Source: Candidatus Planktophila sp.
GTDB lineage: Bacteria; Actinomycetota; Actinomycetes; Nanopelagicales; Nanopelagicaceae
Length of the DNA stretch: 64,000 nt
Assembly: GCA_030649935.1 (NCBI GenBank)
Contig: JAUSFN010000031.1
Span: 6,623 to 70,622, forward strand
Direction of reading: 5' to 3'
The translations under genes were made by a program, and so were the position numbers. Shown here in pieces: positions 38,478 to 49,606 of this stretch. The notes below the pieces were generated by a model, which was not told the origin of the DNA, did no database searches, and saw only the letters and a list, made by a program, of their open reading frames with translations. Numbering within the stretch: the stretch's first letter is position 1; every line of letters starts with the position of its first letter.

Positions 38478-39293
38478 ATGGCGTCTGCAAGTCAGGAACG
38501 GATGCCGCTCATTGATCACTTACGGGAGTTGCGCAAACGTATTCTAAAATCAGTCATCGCGATCTTCGTAGTTTTCATTGGAGGATGGTACTTATACAAT
38601 CCCATTATTGCGACGTTGGCTAAACCCGTTTGTGATTTGAAAGCAGCTCAGCAATCTGGTGCAGCAAGTTGTGGTGCCTTATATATAGGCGGAGTTCTTG
38701 GTCCACTTGATCTGCAGATTAAAGTTGCACTTCTAACTGGTGTAATTGTTTCAGCGCCATTTTGGCTATATCAATTATGGGCTTTTATAGCGCCAGCGCT
38801 CCACCGAAAAGAAAAACGCACAACTGTACTTTTTATCTGTGCGGCAACGCCATTTTTTGCCCTAGGGGCAACTCTCGGTTATTTGATTTTACCTATAGCG
38901 ATTAAGGCTCTCTTTGGATTTACGCCGAATGCGATAAGTAACTTGGTGCGATTTGATGATTACTTAGATTTTGTATTGAGATTGATTTTGTTAGTGGGTC
39001 TGGCCTTTGAATTACCGATTTTCTTATTAACTTTCAATCTCATCGGTTTTCTCCGAGGCAAAACGATACTTAAACCTTGGCGGGTTTGGGTATTTGCGAT
39101 TTTCCTTGTAGTGGCTGCATTTTCTCCCACGGCTGATCCATTGAGTATGGTCCTCTTGGCTGCCCCACTGATTCTCTTTTATTTCATGGCAGGGGGCATC
39201 GCAGTTTTGGTTGATAAAAAGCGGGATAAGAGAAGCGCCTCAGTTCAAACTGGCGTTACACCAATCGAGAGCGCCACCCCAATTACCGATTAG
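38478..39293 (+). CDS. tatC: twin-arginine translocase subunit TatC
   Basis: MPLIDHLRELRKRI N-terminus and six TM segments. ATG at 38478 lies 4 nt after the tatA stop. Confidence 0.93.
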   Translation: MASASQERMPLIDHLRELRKRILKSVIAIFVVFIGGWYLYNPIIATLAKPVCDLKAAQQSGAASCGALYIGGVLGPLDLQIKVALLTGVIVSAPFWLYQLWAFIAPALHRKEKRTTVLFICAATPFFALGATLGYLILPIAIKALFGFTPNAISNLVRFDDYLDFVLRLILLVGLAFELPIFLLTFNLIGFLRGKTILKPWRVWVFAIFLVVAAFSPTADPLSMVLLAAPLILFYFMAGGIAVLVDKKRDKRSASVQTGVTPIESATPITD

Positions 39294-39310
39294 GGCGATA
39301 AGGTCGCCTT

Positions 39311-40180
39311 ATGTGGGCCTTAGCTATCAACCCGACCGCTGGCTCTGGCAAAGGTGCATCCATCGGGAGATATGTCGCTGGATTCCTAACGCAGCGCAGA
39401 GAAGCCCACGAAATTGTTTCGGGAGATTCTGCTATCTCCTTAGTTGCTCATCTAAAGAAATTTATTGAAAACTACCCTGATTGCCAAGGCGTGATTGCAG
39501 TTGGTGGCGATGGATTGCTACATAATATTTTGCAAGTAGTGGTTCCGGCTCAAATTCCACTCGCTGCCATTCCTGCCGGGACGGGAAATGATTTTGTTCG
39601 AACTCTTGGGTGGCCACTCGATGATCTCAATTCATATCTTGAGAGCATCATTTCGCTTAGACCACGGGCCATGGATTTAGGGTTAGTAGACGGCGAGTGG
39701 TTCGGAGCAATTTTATCGACTGGATTCGATTCGATAGTAAATGAAAAAGCAAATACCATGAATTGGCCAAAGGGACCAATGAAATATAACGTTGCTATCG
39801 CAATTGAACTTCCACGATTTGCACCCCGTAATTATGAGATTACCCTCGATGATCGCAGCATTTCCAGCCAAGCAATGCTTATCGCTATCTCTAATGGACG
39901 ATCATATGGAGGAGGCATGTTGGTGTGCCCTGATGCCAACATTCATGATGGGCTATTCGATGTAATGGTGTTGCATCCAATCTCGAAAATTGAGTTCCTT
40001 AAGGTTTTTCCAAAGGTTTTTAAAGGTACTCATGTTAACCATCCGGCCGTTGAAATCGTGAGAAGTAAAAAAGTAACGATCGTTGCCGATGCCGTGGCCT
40101 ATTCAGATGGCGAGAGGTTTGGTCGCCTTCCTATATCCGCAGAGTGCATTCCTGGAGCGTTGCAAACGTGGATGCCGTGA
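39311..40180 (+). CDS. diacylglycerol/lipid kinase family protein
   Basis: Motifs seen are NPTAGSGKG, AVGGDGLLHNI and IPAGTGNDF. Confidence 0.85.
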   Translation: MWALAINPTAGSGKGASIGRYVAGFLTQRREAHEIVSGDSAISLVAHLKKFIENYPDCQGVIAVGGDGLLHNILQVVVPAQIPLAAIPAGTGNDFVRTLGWPLDDLNSYLESIISLRPRAMDLGLVDGEWFGAILSTGFDSIVNEKANTMNWPKGPMKYNVAIAIELPRFAPRNYEITLDDRSISSQAMLIAISNGRSYGGGMLVCPDANIHDGLFDVMVLHPISKIEFLKVFPKVFKGTHVNHPAVEIVRSKKVTIVADAVAYSDGERFGRLPISAECIPGALQTWMP

Positions 40181-42552
40181 CATCTCCAGCGCAGAGATTT
40201 GAAGCTGCAAAAATACGCGGAGCACATCCTGTCACGCAGAGTTTCTTAGCTACCTTTAGTTTTGAGTTCGATCCATTTCAAATTGCGGCATGTCACGCCG
40301 TCGAGGAGGGGAGTGGCGTACTGGTTGCTGCTCCAACTGGCGCGGGCAAGACTGTTGTGGGTGAATTTGCCGCATTCTGTGCACTAAATACTGGAAAGAA
40401 GTGTTTTTACACGACCCCAATTAAGGCATTGTCGAATCAAAAGTATTTTGAATTTGTGGAGAAGTTTGGAGAAGACAAGGTTGGGTTATTAACTGGGGAT
40501 ACAAGTATTAATGGTGAGGCCGATATCTTGGTCATGACAACTGAAGTTTTACGAAATATGTTGTACGCCGGTTCGTCGACATTAACTGGTCTAGGTTACG
40601 TCGTCATGGATGAAGTTCACTACTTAGCTAACAAGTTCCGAGGTGCGGTATGGGAGGAAGTACTTATCCACCTCATGGAGAGTGTGCAGGTTGTTTCCTT
40701 ATCGGCCACCGTTTCAAATGCCGAAGAATTCGGTGAGTGGCTAGGTGAAGTTCGGGGAAATACGCAAGTAATAGTCAGTGAAGTCAGGCCTATTCCTTTG
40801 TATCAACACGTGCTCATTGGAAATCGTATGTTGGATCTCTTTCAAAGACCTGGAGTGATAAATCCTGAGATTTTGCAGCGAGAGCGTGAAGCCATTCGAA
40901 AGACATCAATGGATAGACATCGAAAGGGGAGCTCTAACGAGCCCAAAGCAAGATTAACTCGTGCAGATGTTATCGAAAGACTTCAACGGGAAAATATGCT
41001 ACCTGCTATCACCTTTATCTTTTCACGAATTGGATGCGATGCTGCAGTCAAACAATGCCTCGTCTCAGGTATCCGCCTAACTTCATCAGAGGAACGAATA
41101 GAAATTAAAGCAACGGCCCTCAAATACATCGCAAATATTGCTGCCGAAGATCTCGAGGTTTTAGGTTTTAACGAATGGTTGAACGCCTTGGAACGAGGAA
41201 TTGCAGCTCACCATGCCGGTCTATTGCCGAGCTTTAAAGGTGCGGTGGAGGATTTATTTCAACGTGGTTTAGTTAAGGCAGTGTTTGCAACTGAAACGCT
41301 CGCCCTTGGAATCAACATGCCCGCTCGAACAGTTGTCTTGGAAAAACTCGTTAAATTTAATGGTGAGGCTCATGTTCCAATTACTCCGGGGGAGTACACC
41401 CAACTAACGGGACGTGCTGGCAGACGAGGGATCGATATTGAAGGAAATGCAGTGGTTCAATGGTCGCCCACTGTCGATTCTGCCTCTGTGGCCGGCTTGG
41501 CATCTACGCGAACGTATCCATTGCGTTCATCTTTCGCACCTTCTTACAACATGTCCATAAACCTAATTTCACGATTTGGTCGAGAACGTGCACGAAGATC
41601 GCTTGAATCATCATTTGCTCAATTTCAAGCCGATCGCGCAGTAGTCGGACTGTCACGGCAGATTCGCAAAAATGAAAGCGCAATCGAAGAAATTCTTGCA
41701 AATGCAGTATGCCATCTAGGAGATTTTATTGGTTATGCGAGTATTCGTCGCGAAATAAAGGAAGTCGAACTTTTACTCAGCAAGCGAGATCAGAAAAAGA
41801 GCTTTGATAACCGACAACGTTCTCGACTAGAGAGTGATTTAAGTGAGCTGAGAAAATCACTTCGAAATCATAGCTGCCACAGTTGTAACGAGCGCGAGGA
41901 TCATGCGCGATTTACCGAGCGTGCTGGACGTTTAAATCGCGAAAATGATGGGTTACGTACCCGAGTTGAGAGTCGAACTAATGTCATTGCAAAGACATTT
42001 GACCAAATTTGTCAAGTCTTAACTCATTTGAATTATATTGAAGGTGAAAAACCAACTTCCCAAGGTAAGATTTTGACGAAGATTTATGCAGAGTCTGATT
42101 TACTATTAACAGAATCGATTCGTTGTGGATTATTTGATGAACTCAATGCCACCGAACTTCTTTCAATCATCTCATGCATGATCTTTGAATCGAGAGCGGC
42201 AGATAACTCCGCGCCTAAGATGCCAAGTATCAGAGTCCAACATGCATTGACTGAGGTTATTTCTATTTGGGCTCAACTTGAGGAAATAGAAAGTACATAC
42301 GGTGTTAAGACACAACGCGAGCCAGATGCTGGTTTTTGTTGGATCTCCTATAAATGGGCCAGTGGCGGTTCATTGCATAGTGTCCTAAAAGGTAGTGACA
42401 TGTCGGTTGGAGACTTTGTTCGATCAATTAAACAACTCATCGATCTTCTCAATCAAATCGCAGGTGCTAGTGAAACTCTTCGTCCACTATGCAAAGATGC
42501 AGTCAAACGAATTGACCGAGGTGTCGTTGCTTATTTAATGGGTGATGTATGA
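40177..42552 (+). CDS. helY: Ski2-like DEAD/DEAH-box helicase HelY
   Basis: APTGAGKT, MDEVHY, SAT, HHAGL and a C-terminal DSHCT-like region. GTGA overlap with the previous stop; GTG 40168 and ATG 40144 are alternatives. Confidence 0.9.
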   Translation: MTSPAQRFEAAKIRGAHPVTQSFLATFSFEFDPFQIAACHAVEEGSGVLVAAPTGAGKTVVGEFAAFCALNTGKKCFYTTPIKALSNQKYFEFVEKFGEDKVGLLTGDTSINGEADILVMTTEVLRNMLYAGSSTLTGLGYVVMDEVHYLANKFRGAVWEEVLIHLMESVQVVSLSATVSNAEEFGEWLGEVRGNTQVIVSEVRPIPLYQHVLIGNRMLDLFQRPGVINPEILQREREAIRKTSMDRHRKGSSNEPKARLTRADVIERLQRENMLPAITFIFSRIGCDAAVKQCLVSGIRLTSSEERIEIKATALKYIANIAAEDLEVLGFNEWLNALERGIAAHHAGLLPSFKGAVEDLFQRGLVKAVFATETLALGINMPARTVVLEKLVKFNGEAHVPITPGEYTQLTGRAGRRGIDIEGNAVVQWSPTVDSASVAGLASTRTYPLRSSFAPSYNMSINLISRFGRERARRSLESSFAQFQADRAVVGLSRQIRKNESAIEEILANAVCHLGDFIGYASIRREIKEVELLLSKRDQKKSFDNRQRSRLESDLSELRKSLRNHSCHSCNEREDHARFTERAGRLNRENDGLRTRVESRTNVIAKTFDQICQVLTHLNYIEGEKPTSQGKILTKIYAESDLLLTESIRCGLFDELNATELLSIISCMIFESRAADNSAPKMPSIRVQHALTEVISIWAQLEEIESTYGVKTQREPDAGFCWISYKWASGGSLHSVLKGSDMSVGDFVRSIKQLIDLLNQIAGASETLRPLCKDAVKRIDRGVVAYLMGDV

Positions 42553-43451
42553 CGTTAATGCTTTTAGACAGTGCATCTTTGTGGTATCGCGCCTACTATG
42601 GAATGCCCGATACCTTATTGGCTCCTGATGGAACGCCAGTAAATGCGATTCGCGGTTACATTGATATGACTGCCAGGTTAATTTCCATCTATAAACCCAA
42701 TCGTTTAGTTGCCTGTTTGGATGGCGATTGGCGTCCAACATGGCGCGTTGAACTCTTCCCTGAGTACAAAGCTAACCGCCTAGAGGCAGAGGGCGAAGAA
42801 GAGGAAGAGCCAGAAACTCTTACACCACAGATTCCAATTCTCTTGGACCTTCTGGATTTATTTGGAATTCCTGTGGTTGGTGTAGATGACTTTGAGGCCG
42901 ATGACGTCATGGCAACCTATGCCGAAGTAGAAAAAGGTCCAATTAGAATTGTTACTGGCGATCGTGACCTATTTCAAATGGTTGATGATAAACGTGACAT
43001 TAAAGTTGTCTACTTAGCTAAAGGCATTTCGCAACATGATTTAGTCGACGTGAAATATGTTTCCGATAGGTATCAAATTCCGGGGGAGCGCTACGCCCTC
43101 TTTGCAATGTTTAGAGGCGATCCATCAGATGGCCTGCCTGGAGTGCGTGGCATTGGTGAAAAAGGAGCTGCACTCATCGCAAATAATTTTGCCAATGTCG
43201 ATGACGTGTTAGCTGGCGCTCATGGCGCTCATGCAAGCCTTCCTCCTGCGCTAGCAAAGAAGATAATCGCCGGAAGCGATTACTTAAAGATTGCACCAAC
43301 CGTGGTTCAGGTGGCACGAAATGTTAGCCTACCCCGTGTGGATATATCGATGCCAGGAGTTCCAAAAGATTTGTCACAGATTTATCAATTCAAGGAGCGT
43401 TATGGCCTCGGTGCCAGCGTGGATCGCTTGATCAGTGCGCTGGGTTGGTAA
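42549..43451 (+). CDS. 5'-3' exonuclease / FEN-family nuclease
   Basis: ATGA overlap with helY. PIN-like domain (LLDSASLWYRAYY, VTGDRDLFQ) and H3TH motif GDPSDGLPGVRGIGEKGA. Confidence 0.88.
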   Translation: MTLMLLDSASLWYRAYYGMPDTLLAPDGTPVNAIRGYIDMTARLISIYKPNRLVACLDGDWRPTWRVELFPEYKANRLEAEGEEEEEPETLTPQIPILLDLLDLFGIPVVGVDDFEADDVMATYAEVEKGPIRIVTGDRDLFQMVDDKRDIKVVYLAKGISQHDLVDVKYVSDRYQIPGERYALFAMFRGDPSDGLPGVRGIGEKGAALIANNFANVDDVLAGAHGAHASLPPALAKKIIAGSDYLKIAPTVVQVARNVSLPRVDISMPGVPKDLSQIYQFKERYGLGASVDRLISALGW

Positions 43452-44827
43452 ATTTACTCCTCCCGATTATTAGTGGGGCTTTACTCAGTTGTGCTTTTGC
43501 TCCACTTGCTCTGTGGTGGTTAGCTCCGATTTCACTTGCACTTCATATGTTTAGTCTTAGTAAGTCAGATAGGCCATTTCTTAACTCTCTTCTTTTTGCA
43601 GCAGTTTTCAACGCGATCGCATTGCAGTGGACAAATATTTTCGTTGGTTCAATACCGTGGATAATTCTCTTTTGTGGACAGGCAGTACTTTTTATACCCC
43701 TTGGATTCGTTAAAAAGTATGGGGTCGGATTTTACCCATTGATTTTTCTCATTATGGAGCAGATACGTTCACTCTTTCCATTTGGGGGATTCGGGTGGCT
43801 TCGCCTTGCATATTCACAGGCCGATGCACCGTATAGCCAGATTGCAGCGATCGGGGGAGCCAGCGCACTGAGCGCTCTAACTCTTTCATTTGCCTTAGTA
43901 CTGTATTCACTTCTTAAACTTAGATTTAATCTATTTCCACTCTTGCCGCTAGCGCTTTTACTTCTACCCATTGAAGTAAAAAGCGTTGGTGAAGTTCGCG
44001 CAGTTATGGTGCAAGGAAATGTGCCGCGCCTTGGTTTAGATTTTAATGAACGAGCCACTCAGGTCTTTTTTAATCATGTACAAGAAACCAATAAGGCATT
44101 AACCCTGGATGAGAATGTCGATTTTATTCTCTGGCCGGAAAATGCCGTTGATGTAGATCCCTTTACTAACTCGACAGTACGCGAAACTCTGAACTCCTTT
44201 TCACAGCCACTAATAATCGGCGCAGTGATTAGAAAAGATGGTGAACTACTCAATACATCGATTGTGTGGCAGCAAAGTAGCCAAGAAATTTATGTAAAGC
44301 AGCATCTGACACCTTTTGGTGAGTACATACCGCTGAGAGCTATAGCTTCCAAAATTTCCCCGTATGCGGAGTCAGTTGAGGATTTCACCGCAGGGAGTTT
44401 GTCGAAGGTTTTCACCGTCAACGGGGCGAAAATTGCGCCAATTATCTGTTACGAACTCATTGATGACGCCCTTGTTGCGCGAGCAGCGCGTAACTCTCAA
44501 CTTTTAGTGGTTCAGACCAATAGTGCGACATTTGGAAAATCTCCACAAAATGCTCAACAGTTAGCGATCACACGTATCAGAGCAATTGAATACGGAAGAG
44601 ATATTCTCTCGGTCTCAACAACAGGTGTTTCTGCCTATATCGATTATCAAGGCAAAGTCCGGAAGAAAACCGAACCGTATACAAATGCACATTTATTCGT
44701 ACAACCGGCTTTAATCGATGGCCAGACGCCTCGGGATAAGGCGGGCGATTGGGCCTTAGTTGGCAGCTTAATCTGGCTACTTTTCATTGCCCGCGGAGGC
44801 TCATCGAGATTAAGATATCGCCGATAA
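43445..44827 (+). CDS. lnt: apolipoprotein N-acyltransferase
   Basis: N-terminal TM bundle plus a nitrilase-like domain with WPENA, K and the catalytic Cys in PIICYE. Apparent TTG start. Confidence 0.85.
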   Translation: MVNLLLPIISGALLSCAFAPLALWWLAPISLALHMFSLSKSDRPFLNSLLFAAVFNAIALQWTNIFVGSIPWIILFCGQAVLFIPLGFVKKYGVGFYPLIFLIMEQIRSLFPFGGFGWLRLAYSQADAPYSQIAAIGGASALSALTLSFALVLYSLLKLRFNLFPLLPLALLLLPIEVKSVGEVRAVMVQGNVPRLGLDFNERATQVFFNHVQETNKALTLDENVDFILWPENAVDVDPFTNSTVRETLNSFSQPLIIGAVIRKDGELLNTSIVWQQSSQEIYVKQHLTPFGEYIPLRAIASKISPYAESVEDFTAGSLSKVFTVNGAKIAPIICYELIDDALVARAARNSQLLVVQTNSATFGKSPQNAQQLAITRIRAIEYGRDILSVSTTGVSAYIDYQGKVRKKTEPYTNAHLFVQPALIDGQTPRDKAGDWALVGSLIWLLFIARGGSSRLRYRR

Positions 44828-44844
44828 GTTACATTATGTAAAGT
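44817..44844 (+). other. dif: dif-like XerC/XerD chromosome dimer resolution site
   Basis: ATCGCCGATAA-GTTACA-TTATGTAAAGT. The right arm matches B. subtilis dif TTATGTAAACT at 10/11 and E. coli TTATGTTAAAT at 9/11. It sits at the convergent lnt/gcvP junction where coding-strand bias switches. Confidence 0.75.
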
Positions 44845-44883
44845 AATGCAAAGAGGTTAAGAAGACCTGCGGTTCAACCCCTC

Positions 44884-47739
44884 CTACCGGTACTCATCCA
44901 AGGGCGTGCAGGCACAGATCAAATTACGGTCTCCAAAAGCCCCATCGATACGAGAAACCGGCGGCCAATACTTCATCCGAGAGCCAATCGATTCACCTGG
45001 AACAAGACCATCGGGTAGAACGGGATATCCGCCCCGTTCACGGCTGTACTCCCTCTCCCACTGCGTGGAAACCATAGAGAGGGCTGTGTGAGGCGCATGG
45101 CGTAGAGCAGAGCCTTCAACGCTTATCTTCCCATCAATAATCTCTTGAATCTCGGCGCGAATCGCGATCATCGCATCGATAAAGCGGTGAATCTCGGCAA
45201 TATCCTCTGACTCAGTTGGTTCAATCATCAATGTACCGGCTACAGGGAAAGACATGGTTGGGGCGTGGAAGCCGTAATCCATCAACCTCTTGGCAATATC
45301 ATCGACGGTTACACCTGACTCCTTAGTTAGTCCACGAATATCGAGGATGCACTCGTGTGCCACGCGACCATTTGCTCCGGTGTAAAGCACTGGATAGGAA
45401 GTTTGAAGACGTGCCGCCATGTAGTTGGCAGAAAGGATCGCCACCTGAGTCGAATGCGTTAACCCTTCTCCCCCCAGCAAGCGAATATAAGCCCATGAAA
45501 TTGGTAAGACGCCTGCCGAACCAAAAGGCGCAGCAGAAATCGGTCCTGGACCCGTCGATGGTCCCGCCAGTGCATCCATTGGATGATTTGGCAGAAATGG
45601 CGCAAGGTGGGCACGGGTGATAACTGGACCCACACCTGGGCCTCCTCCACCGTGCGGAATTGAAAAGGTTTTATGTAGATTCAAGTGAGAGACATCGGCA
45701 CCAAATTTTCCGGGCTGTGCAACACCAACTAGAGCGTTCAAGTTAGCGCCATCAACATAGACCTGGCCACCAGCATCATGCACCAATGCACAAATTTCAG
45801 AGACAGCTGTTTCAAAGACTCCATGAGTTGATGGGTACGTAATCATCAACGCGGCAAGAGTGGTTCCAAACTCTGCAATTTTTTCTTTAATGTCATCCAC
45901 TGAAACATTTCCATTGTCGTCACACTCAACGACAACGACCTTCATCCCAGCCATAACAGCTGAAGCTGCATTTGTGCCATGTGCACTTGACGGGATAAGG
46001 CAGATATTTCGGCTTTGATCTCCACGTGAATCATGGAAATTTCTAATCGCGAGTAAGCCGGCAAACTCCCCTTGACTACCCGCATTAGGCTGCAGAGAAA
46101 CTGCGTCATATCCAGTAATTGCCACGAGCCAATCCGATAGCTGTTGGATCAACTTTCGCGTTCCAGCGTTCTGATCAGCCGGAGCAAATGGATGCAGTGA
46201 AGAAAACTCCGGCCATGTTACCGCTTCCATTTCGGTAACAGCATTGAGTTTCATTGTGCACGAACCTAAAGGAATCATTGTTCGATCGAGAGCCAAATCC
46301 TTATCTGCTAAGTTACGTAGATAACGCATCATGCCAGTTTCACTGTGATTCGTATTAAATACTGGATGGGTTAAGTATTTGCTAGTACGTAGGAACTTTG
46401 CAGGGATTTTCTTCCCTTCAACATCCTTTATACCTAAAATCGAAAGAACATCAGCGAAAACCGCTTCGGTAGTCTCTTCATCAAAGGAGACACGTAACTC
46501 GGTGTCACTAACTTTTGCAAAGTTAATGCCCTCAGCAATCGCTTTTTGGTGAATGGTTTTAGCATCATTGACAACGATGTGAACGGTATCGAAAACAACA
46601 TTATCTCCATTATTTGTTGCAGCATATAGACGGGATGCAAAACCATGTACTCTTTCTGCAATGTGTCGAAGGCCAACAGGTCCATGCCACATTGCATAGA
46701 AAGCACTCATGTTTGCCAAGAGAACTTGAGCTGTGCAGATATTTGAAGTCGCCTTATCACGTCGAATATGCTGTTCTCGAGTTTGAAGTGCTAAGCGAAA
46801 GGCTGGCTTTCCAGTTGCATCAATACTTTGACCCACAAGTCGTCCAGGCATTGAGCGTTCAAGTCCGCTACGCACCGCCAAGAAGCCGGCGTGCGGGCCA
46901 CCGAATCCCATTGGAACTCCAAAGCGTTGAGAAGTTCCGACTGCGATATCAGCTCCCCACTCCCCTGGAGCTTTCAACAATGTCAATGCAAGAAGATCAG
47001 TTGCCGCAATAACTAATGCATCCCGTGAATGGGCGTATTCAGCAAAGTTCGTATAATCAATAACAGTTCCAGTTGTGTCTGGGTATTGCAGCAAGGCACC
47101 AAAGAATTCTCCCTCATACCCATCTCGAACCACATGACCAGAATCGATTTCAACTACCGTAATGCCTTGTGGCTTTGCGCGCGTGCGTACAACTGCCTTT
47201 GTTTGAGGGTGAACATGCTCTTCAATTAAAAAGACAGCGTTATCGCTTAGCTTAGAAGCGCGCCTAGCAAGACCCATTGCCTCCGCTGCGGCCGTACCTT
47301 CATCAAGCATCGATGCATTGGAAATATCAAGTGATGTTAACTCGCAGATCATTGTTTGAAAAGCAAAGAGAGCTTCCAGACGACCTTGAGATATTTCAGG
47401 TTGATACGGCGTATATGCAGTGTACCAAGCTGGATTTTCTAAAACATTTCTCTTGATAACTGGTGGAACAATAGTTCCGTAATATCCCGTTCCAATTAAT
47501 GAGCGAAAAACTTTATTCTCCGATGCAATTGAACGTAGTTCTGCAATAACTTCAACTTCACTTTTCGCACTCTCTAGAGCCTCTTCGATAACTCCATTTA
47601 TCGCGATATTTGATGGAACAACATCACGGATGAAGGAGACAAGATCTGCATATCCAAGCGCCTGCAACATTGCCGTTTCATCACGTGAAGATGGTCCTAT
47701 ATGGCGGCGCGAAAAAGAGTCATAGTCAGTCATGAGCAC
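44884..47739 (-). CDS. gcvP: glycine dehydrogenase (decarboxylating), P protein
   Basis: A 951 aa single-chain P protein with FSRRHIGP and the PLP-lysine motif [18 protein letters not shown]. Confidence 0.97.
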   Translation of the reverse strand: MLMTDYDSFSRRHIGPSSRDETAMLQALGYADLVSFIRDVVPSNIAINGVIEEALESAKSEVEVIAELRSIASENKVFRSLIGTGYYGTIVPPVIKRNVLENPAWYTAYTPYQPEISQGRLEALFAFQTMICELTSLDISNASMLDEGTAAAEAMGLARRASKLSDNAVFLIEEHVHPQTKAVVRTRAKPQGITVVEIDSGHVVRDGYEGEFFGALLQYPDTTGTVIDYTNFAEYAHSRDALVIAATDLLALTLLKAPGEWGADIAVGTSQRFGVPMGFGGPHAGFLAVRSGLERSMPGRLVGQSIDATGKPAFRLALQTREQHIRRDKATSNICTAQVLLANMSAFYAMWHGPVGLRHIAERVHGFASRLYAATNNGDNVVFDTVHIVVNDAKTIHQKAIAEGINFAKVSDTELRVSFDEETTEAVFADVLSILGIKDVEGKKIPAKFLRTSKYLTHPVFNTNHSETGMMRYLRNLADKDLALDRTMIPLGSCTMKLNAVTEMEAVTWPEFSSLHPFAPADQNAGTRKLIQQLSDWLVAITGYDAVSLQPNAGSQGEFAGLLAIRNFHDSRGDQSRNICLIPSSAHGTNAASAVMAGMKVVVVECDDNGNVSVDDIKEKIAEFGTTLAALMITYPSTHGVFETAVSEICALVHDAGGQVYVDGANLNALVGVAQPGKFGADVSHLNLHKTFSIPHGGGGPGVGPVITRAHLAPFLPNHPMDALAGPSTGPGPISAAPFGSAGVLPISWAYIRLLGGEGLTHSTQVAILSANYMAARLQTSYPVLYTGANGRVAHECILDIRGLTKESGVTVDDIAKRLMDYGFHAPTMSFPVAGTLMIEPTESEDIAEIHRFIDAMIAIRAEIQEIIDGKISVEGSALRHAPHTALSMVSTQWEREYSRERGGYPVLPDGLVPGESIGSRMKYWPPVSRIDGAFGDRNLICACTPLDEYR

Positions 47740-47752
47740 AGACTATGGTGAA

Positions 47753-48253
47753 TTAAGCCCCTTTGCTCTTACGTCTGAGCGAGAGCTCATCGTTATCTTG
47801 GCCACTAATAATCTGGCCGTTAATCTCACCTTGAAGCATGAGAAGTGAGCCTTCGACCTCGTGCCAGACTTTTCCGACGGCGATTCCAAATACGCCCTGG
47901 CCCCCGGCAAGTAGATCAATAATCTCATCTGCACTTGTGCACTCATAAATGGAGGCACCATCACTCATTAAAGTAATTCTCTCTAAATCGGTCACTCCCC
48001 TAGTGCGTAGATGATCGACTGCGGTGCGGATGTTTTGCAGTGAGACCCCAGCATCTAATAATCGTTTTACAATCTTCAAGACTAAAATGTCACGGAAGCC
48101 ATACAACCGTTGAGTTCCTGAACCGCTTGCAGTTCTGACGCTCGGTTCGACTAAGTATGTACGGGCCCAATAATCTAACTGCCGGTATGTGATACCTGCC
48201 GCCGAGCATGCAGTTGCACCTCGATAACCGATCTCTAACTCTTGGGAAACCAC
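47753..48253 (-). CDS. MerR-family transcriptional regulator
   Basis: HTH CSAAGITYRQLDYWARTYLVEPS...GTQRLY, in the conserved position between the DUF151 gene and gcvP. GTG start. Confidence 0.82.
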   Translation of the reverse strand: MVSQELEIGYRGATACSAAGITYRQLDYWARTYLVEPSVRTASGSGTQRLYGFRDILVLKIVKRLLDAGVSLQNIRTAVDHLRTRGVTDLERITLMSDGASIYECTSADEIIDLLAGGQGVFGIAVGKVWHEVEGSLLMLQGEINGQIISGQDNDELSLRRKSKGA

Positions 48254-48360
48254 GTGCTGCTCGATTCTCTTGGGGAGTGTTCGTAAATCTAAAGCAGTTC
48301 CATGCTGCTTACAATGACCGACACGGCCGCAACCTCTACTTGAGATTGAGAGTTTAACGC

Positions 48361-48837
48361 CTACCCTGCAAAGTCCTCAGGGTTAATCTCATCTAGGAAG
48401 GCTCTAAAACGCTCCACCTCTTGATTCTCGCCCCCGCTTTCAACTGGAATTTCAATTCCGGCCTCATCTAGTAGATCGGCGCTTACCAAGATATTGCTAT
48501 GAGTGCGAAGAGCAAGTGCGATGGCATCAGAGGGCCTAGCAGAAATGTTCAGCGACGTGCCTGAGCTCTCCCGAATCAGAAGAGTGGAATAGAAAACCCC
48601 GGATTTTACTTCAGTTATATGGACGGCGGTTAATGTCGCATCCACGGCTTCAACTATCTCGCGCATCAAATCATGGGTTAATGGACGTGGTGGTATGAGA
48701 CCTTGCTGAGCAAAGGCAATCGCAGTTGCCTCATTAGCACCGACCCAAATAGGTAAAAATCGCGAGCCATCGATCTCTTTCAATAACACAATCGGTTGGT
48801 TAGATGGCATTTCAACACGAACTCCGACAACTTCCAT
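48361..48837 (-). CDS. bifunctional nuclease (DUF151) family protein
   Basis: MEVVGVRVEMPSNQPIVLLKE...RFLPIWVGANEATAIA. Start taken at ATG 48837, just after the upstream gene's stop. Confidence 0.8.
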   Translation of the reverse strand: MEVVGVRVEMPSNQPIVLLKEIDGSRFLPIWVGANEATAIAFAQQGLIPPRPLTHDLMREIVEAVDATLTAVHITEVKSGVFYSTLLIRESSGTSLNISARPSDAIALALRTHSNILVSADLLDEAGIEIPVESGGENQEVERFRAFLDEINPEDFAG

Positions 48838-48853
48838 TCCAATAAACATATAG

Positions 48854-49573
48854 TTACGAGCGAAGTCGGTGCAGACCACCGCGAACTAACGCGGCATGTA
48901 GACGAATTGATAGAGATGCAATCTCTTTTTGCACCTCTTCTGCACGAGCCTTTGCCTCGCTGGATTTCTGTCTCGTCAATGGCGTTATGACCTGCTCAAT
49001 TAAGCCAATTTCGCGATCGGCGGCAGATTTAAAAGATCGCAAATGTCTAGTCTCAATACCAAAGCTAGCCATTTCAGTAACAGCTTTGGCGATGGCCAAG
49101 GCATCCCCATCGTAATGGCGCCCACGTGGGGCGATCAATCCATAGCTTTCAAGTTCGATAAGCTGCTCATCGCTAACTCCCGAATTTTTTAAAAGCTCAT
49201 CACGAGATAAGCGCATCTCACTCGGTTGTGCAAAGGCGCTAGGCGCCATGGTCCCATCAACGGTAGCTAAAGAGATAGCAGGGTGTGCGACCCCTCCGAT
49301 AGCGGCCGGCTGTAAACCTCGATCCATCGCATCGAGATTCTCTTTAATTATTTTCAGCGGAAGATATTGATCGCGCTGTGCAAGAAGGACGTATCGAAGT
49401 CGCTCTAAATCTGATGTTGTGAATTTTCGATAGCCAGAAGGAGTTCGCTGGGGTTCAATCAATCCCTCTGACTCTAAAAAACGAATCTTAGAGATCGTAA
49501 TATCTGAAAAGTCGCCCCTCAAGCGGTTAAGAACCTCACCAATTGATAGGTAGGCCCGCGCTGGAACTGCCAT
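48854..49573 (-). CDS. ftsR: MerR-family regulator, FtsR-like
   Basis: LSIGEVLNRLRGDFSDITISKIRFLESEGLIEPQRTPSGYRKF plus a second MerR-like half. It is adjacent to garA/odhI, as in Corynebacterium. Confidence 0.7.
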   Translation of the reverse strand: MAVPARAYLSIGEVLNRLRGDFSDITISKIRFLESEGLIEPQRTPSGYRKFTTSDLERLRYVLLAQRDQYLPLKIIKENLDAMDRGLQPAAIGGVAHPAISLATVDGTMAPSAFAQPSEMRLSRDELLKNSGVSDEQLIELESYGLIAPRGRHYDGDALAIAKAVTEMASFGIETRHLRSFKSAADREIGLIEQVITPLTRQKSSEAKARAEEVQKEIASLSIRLHAALVRGGLHRLRS

Positions 49574-49606
49574 TAGTACTCCCCTAACTCTCTAAGTATC
49601 TTCATT

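Noticed and set aside
47740-47752. A glycine riboswitch was expected upstream of gcvP.
   Set aside because: Only 13 nt separate gcvP from the upstream MerR gene, and that ORF is full length, so there is no room for a riboswitch. The 107-bp spacer at 48254-48360 shows only a TTGAGA-TTGAGA direct repeat and a weak hairpin, with no glycine-riboswitch features I can recognise.
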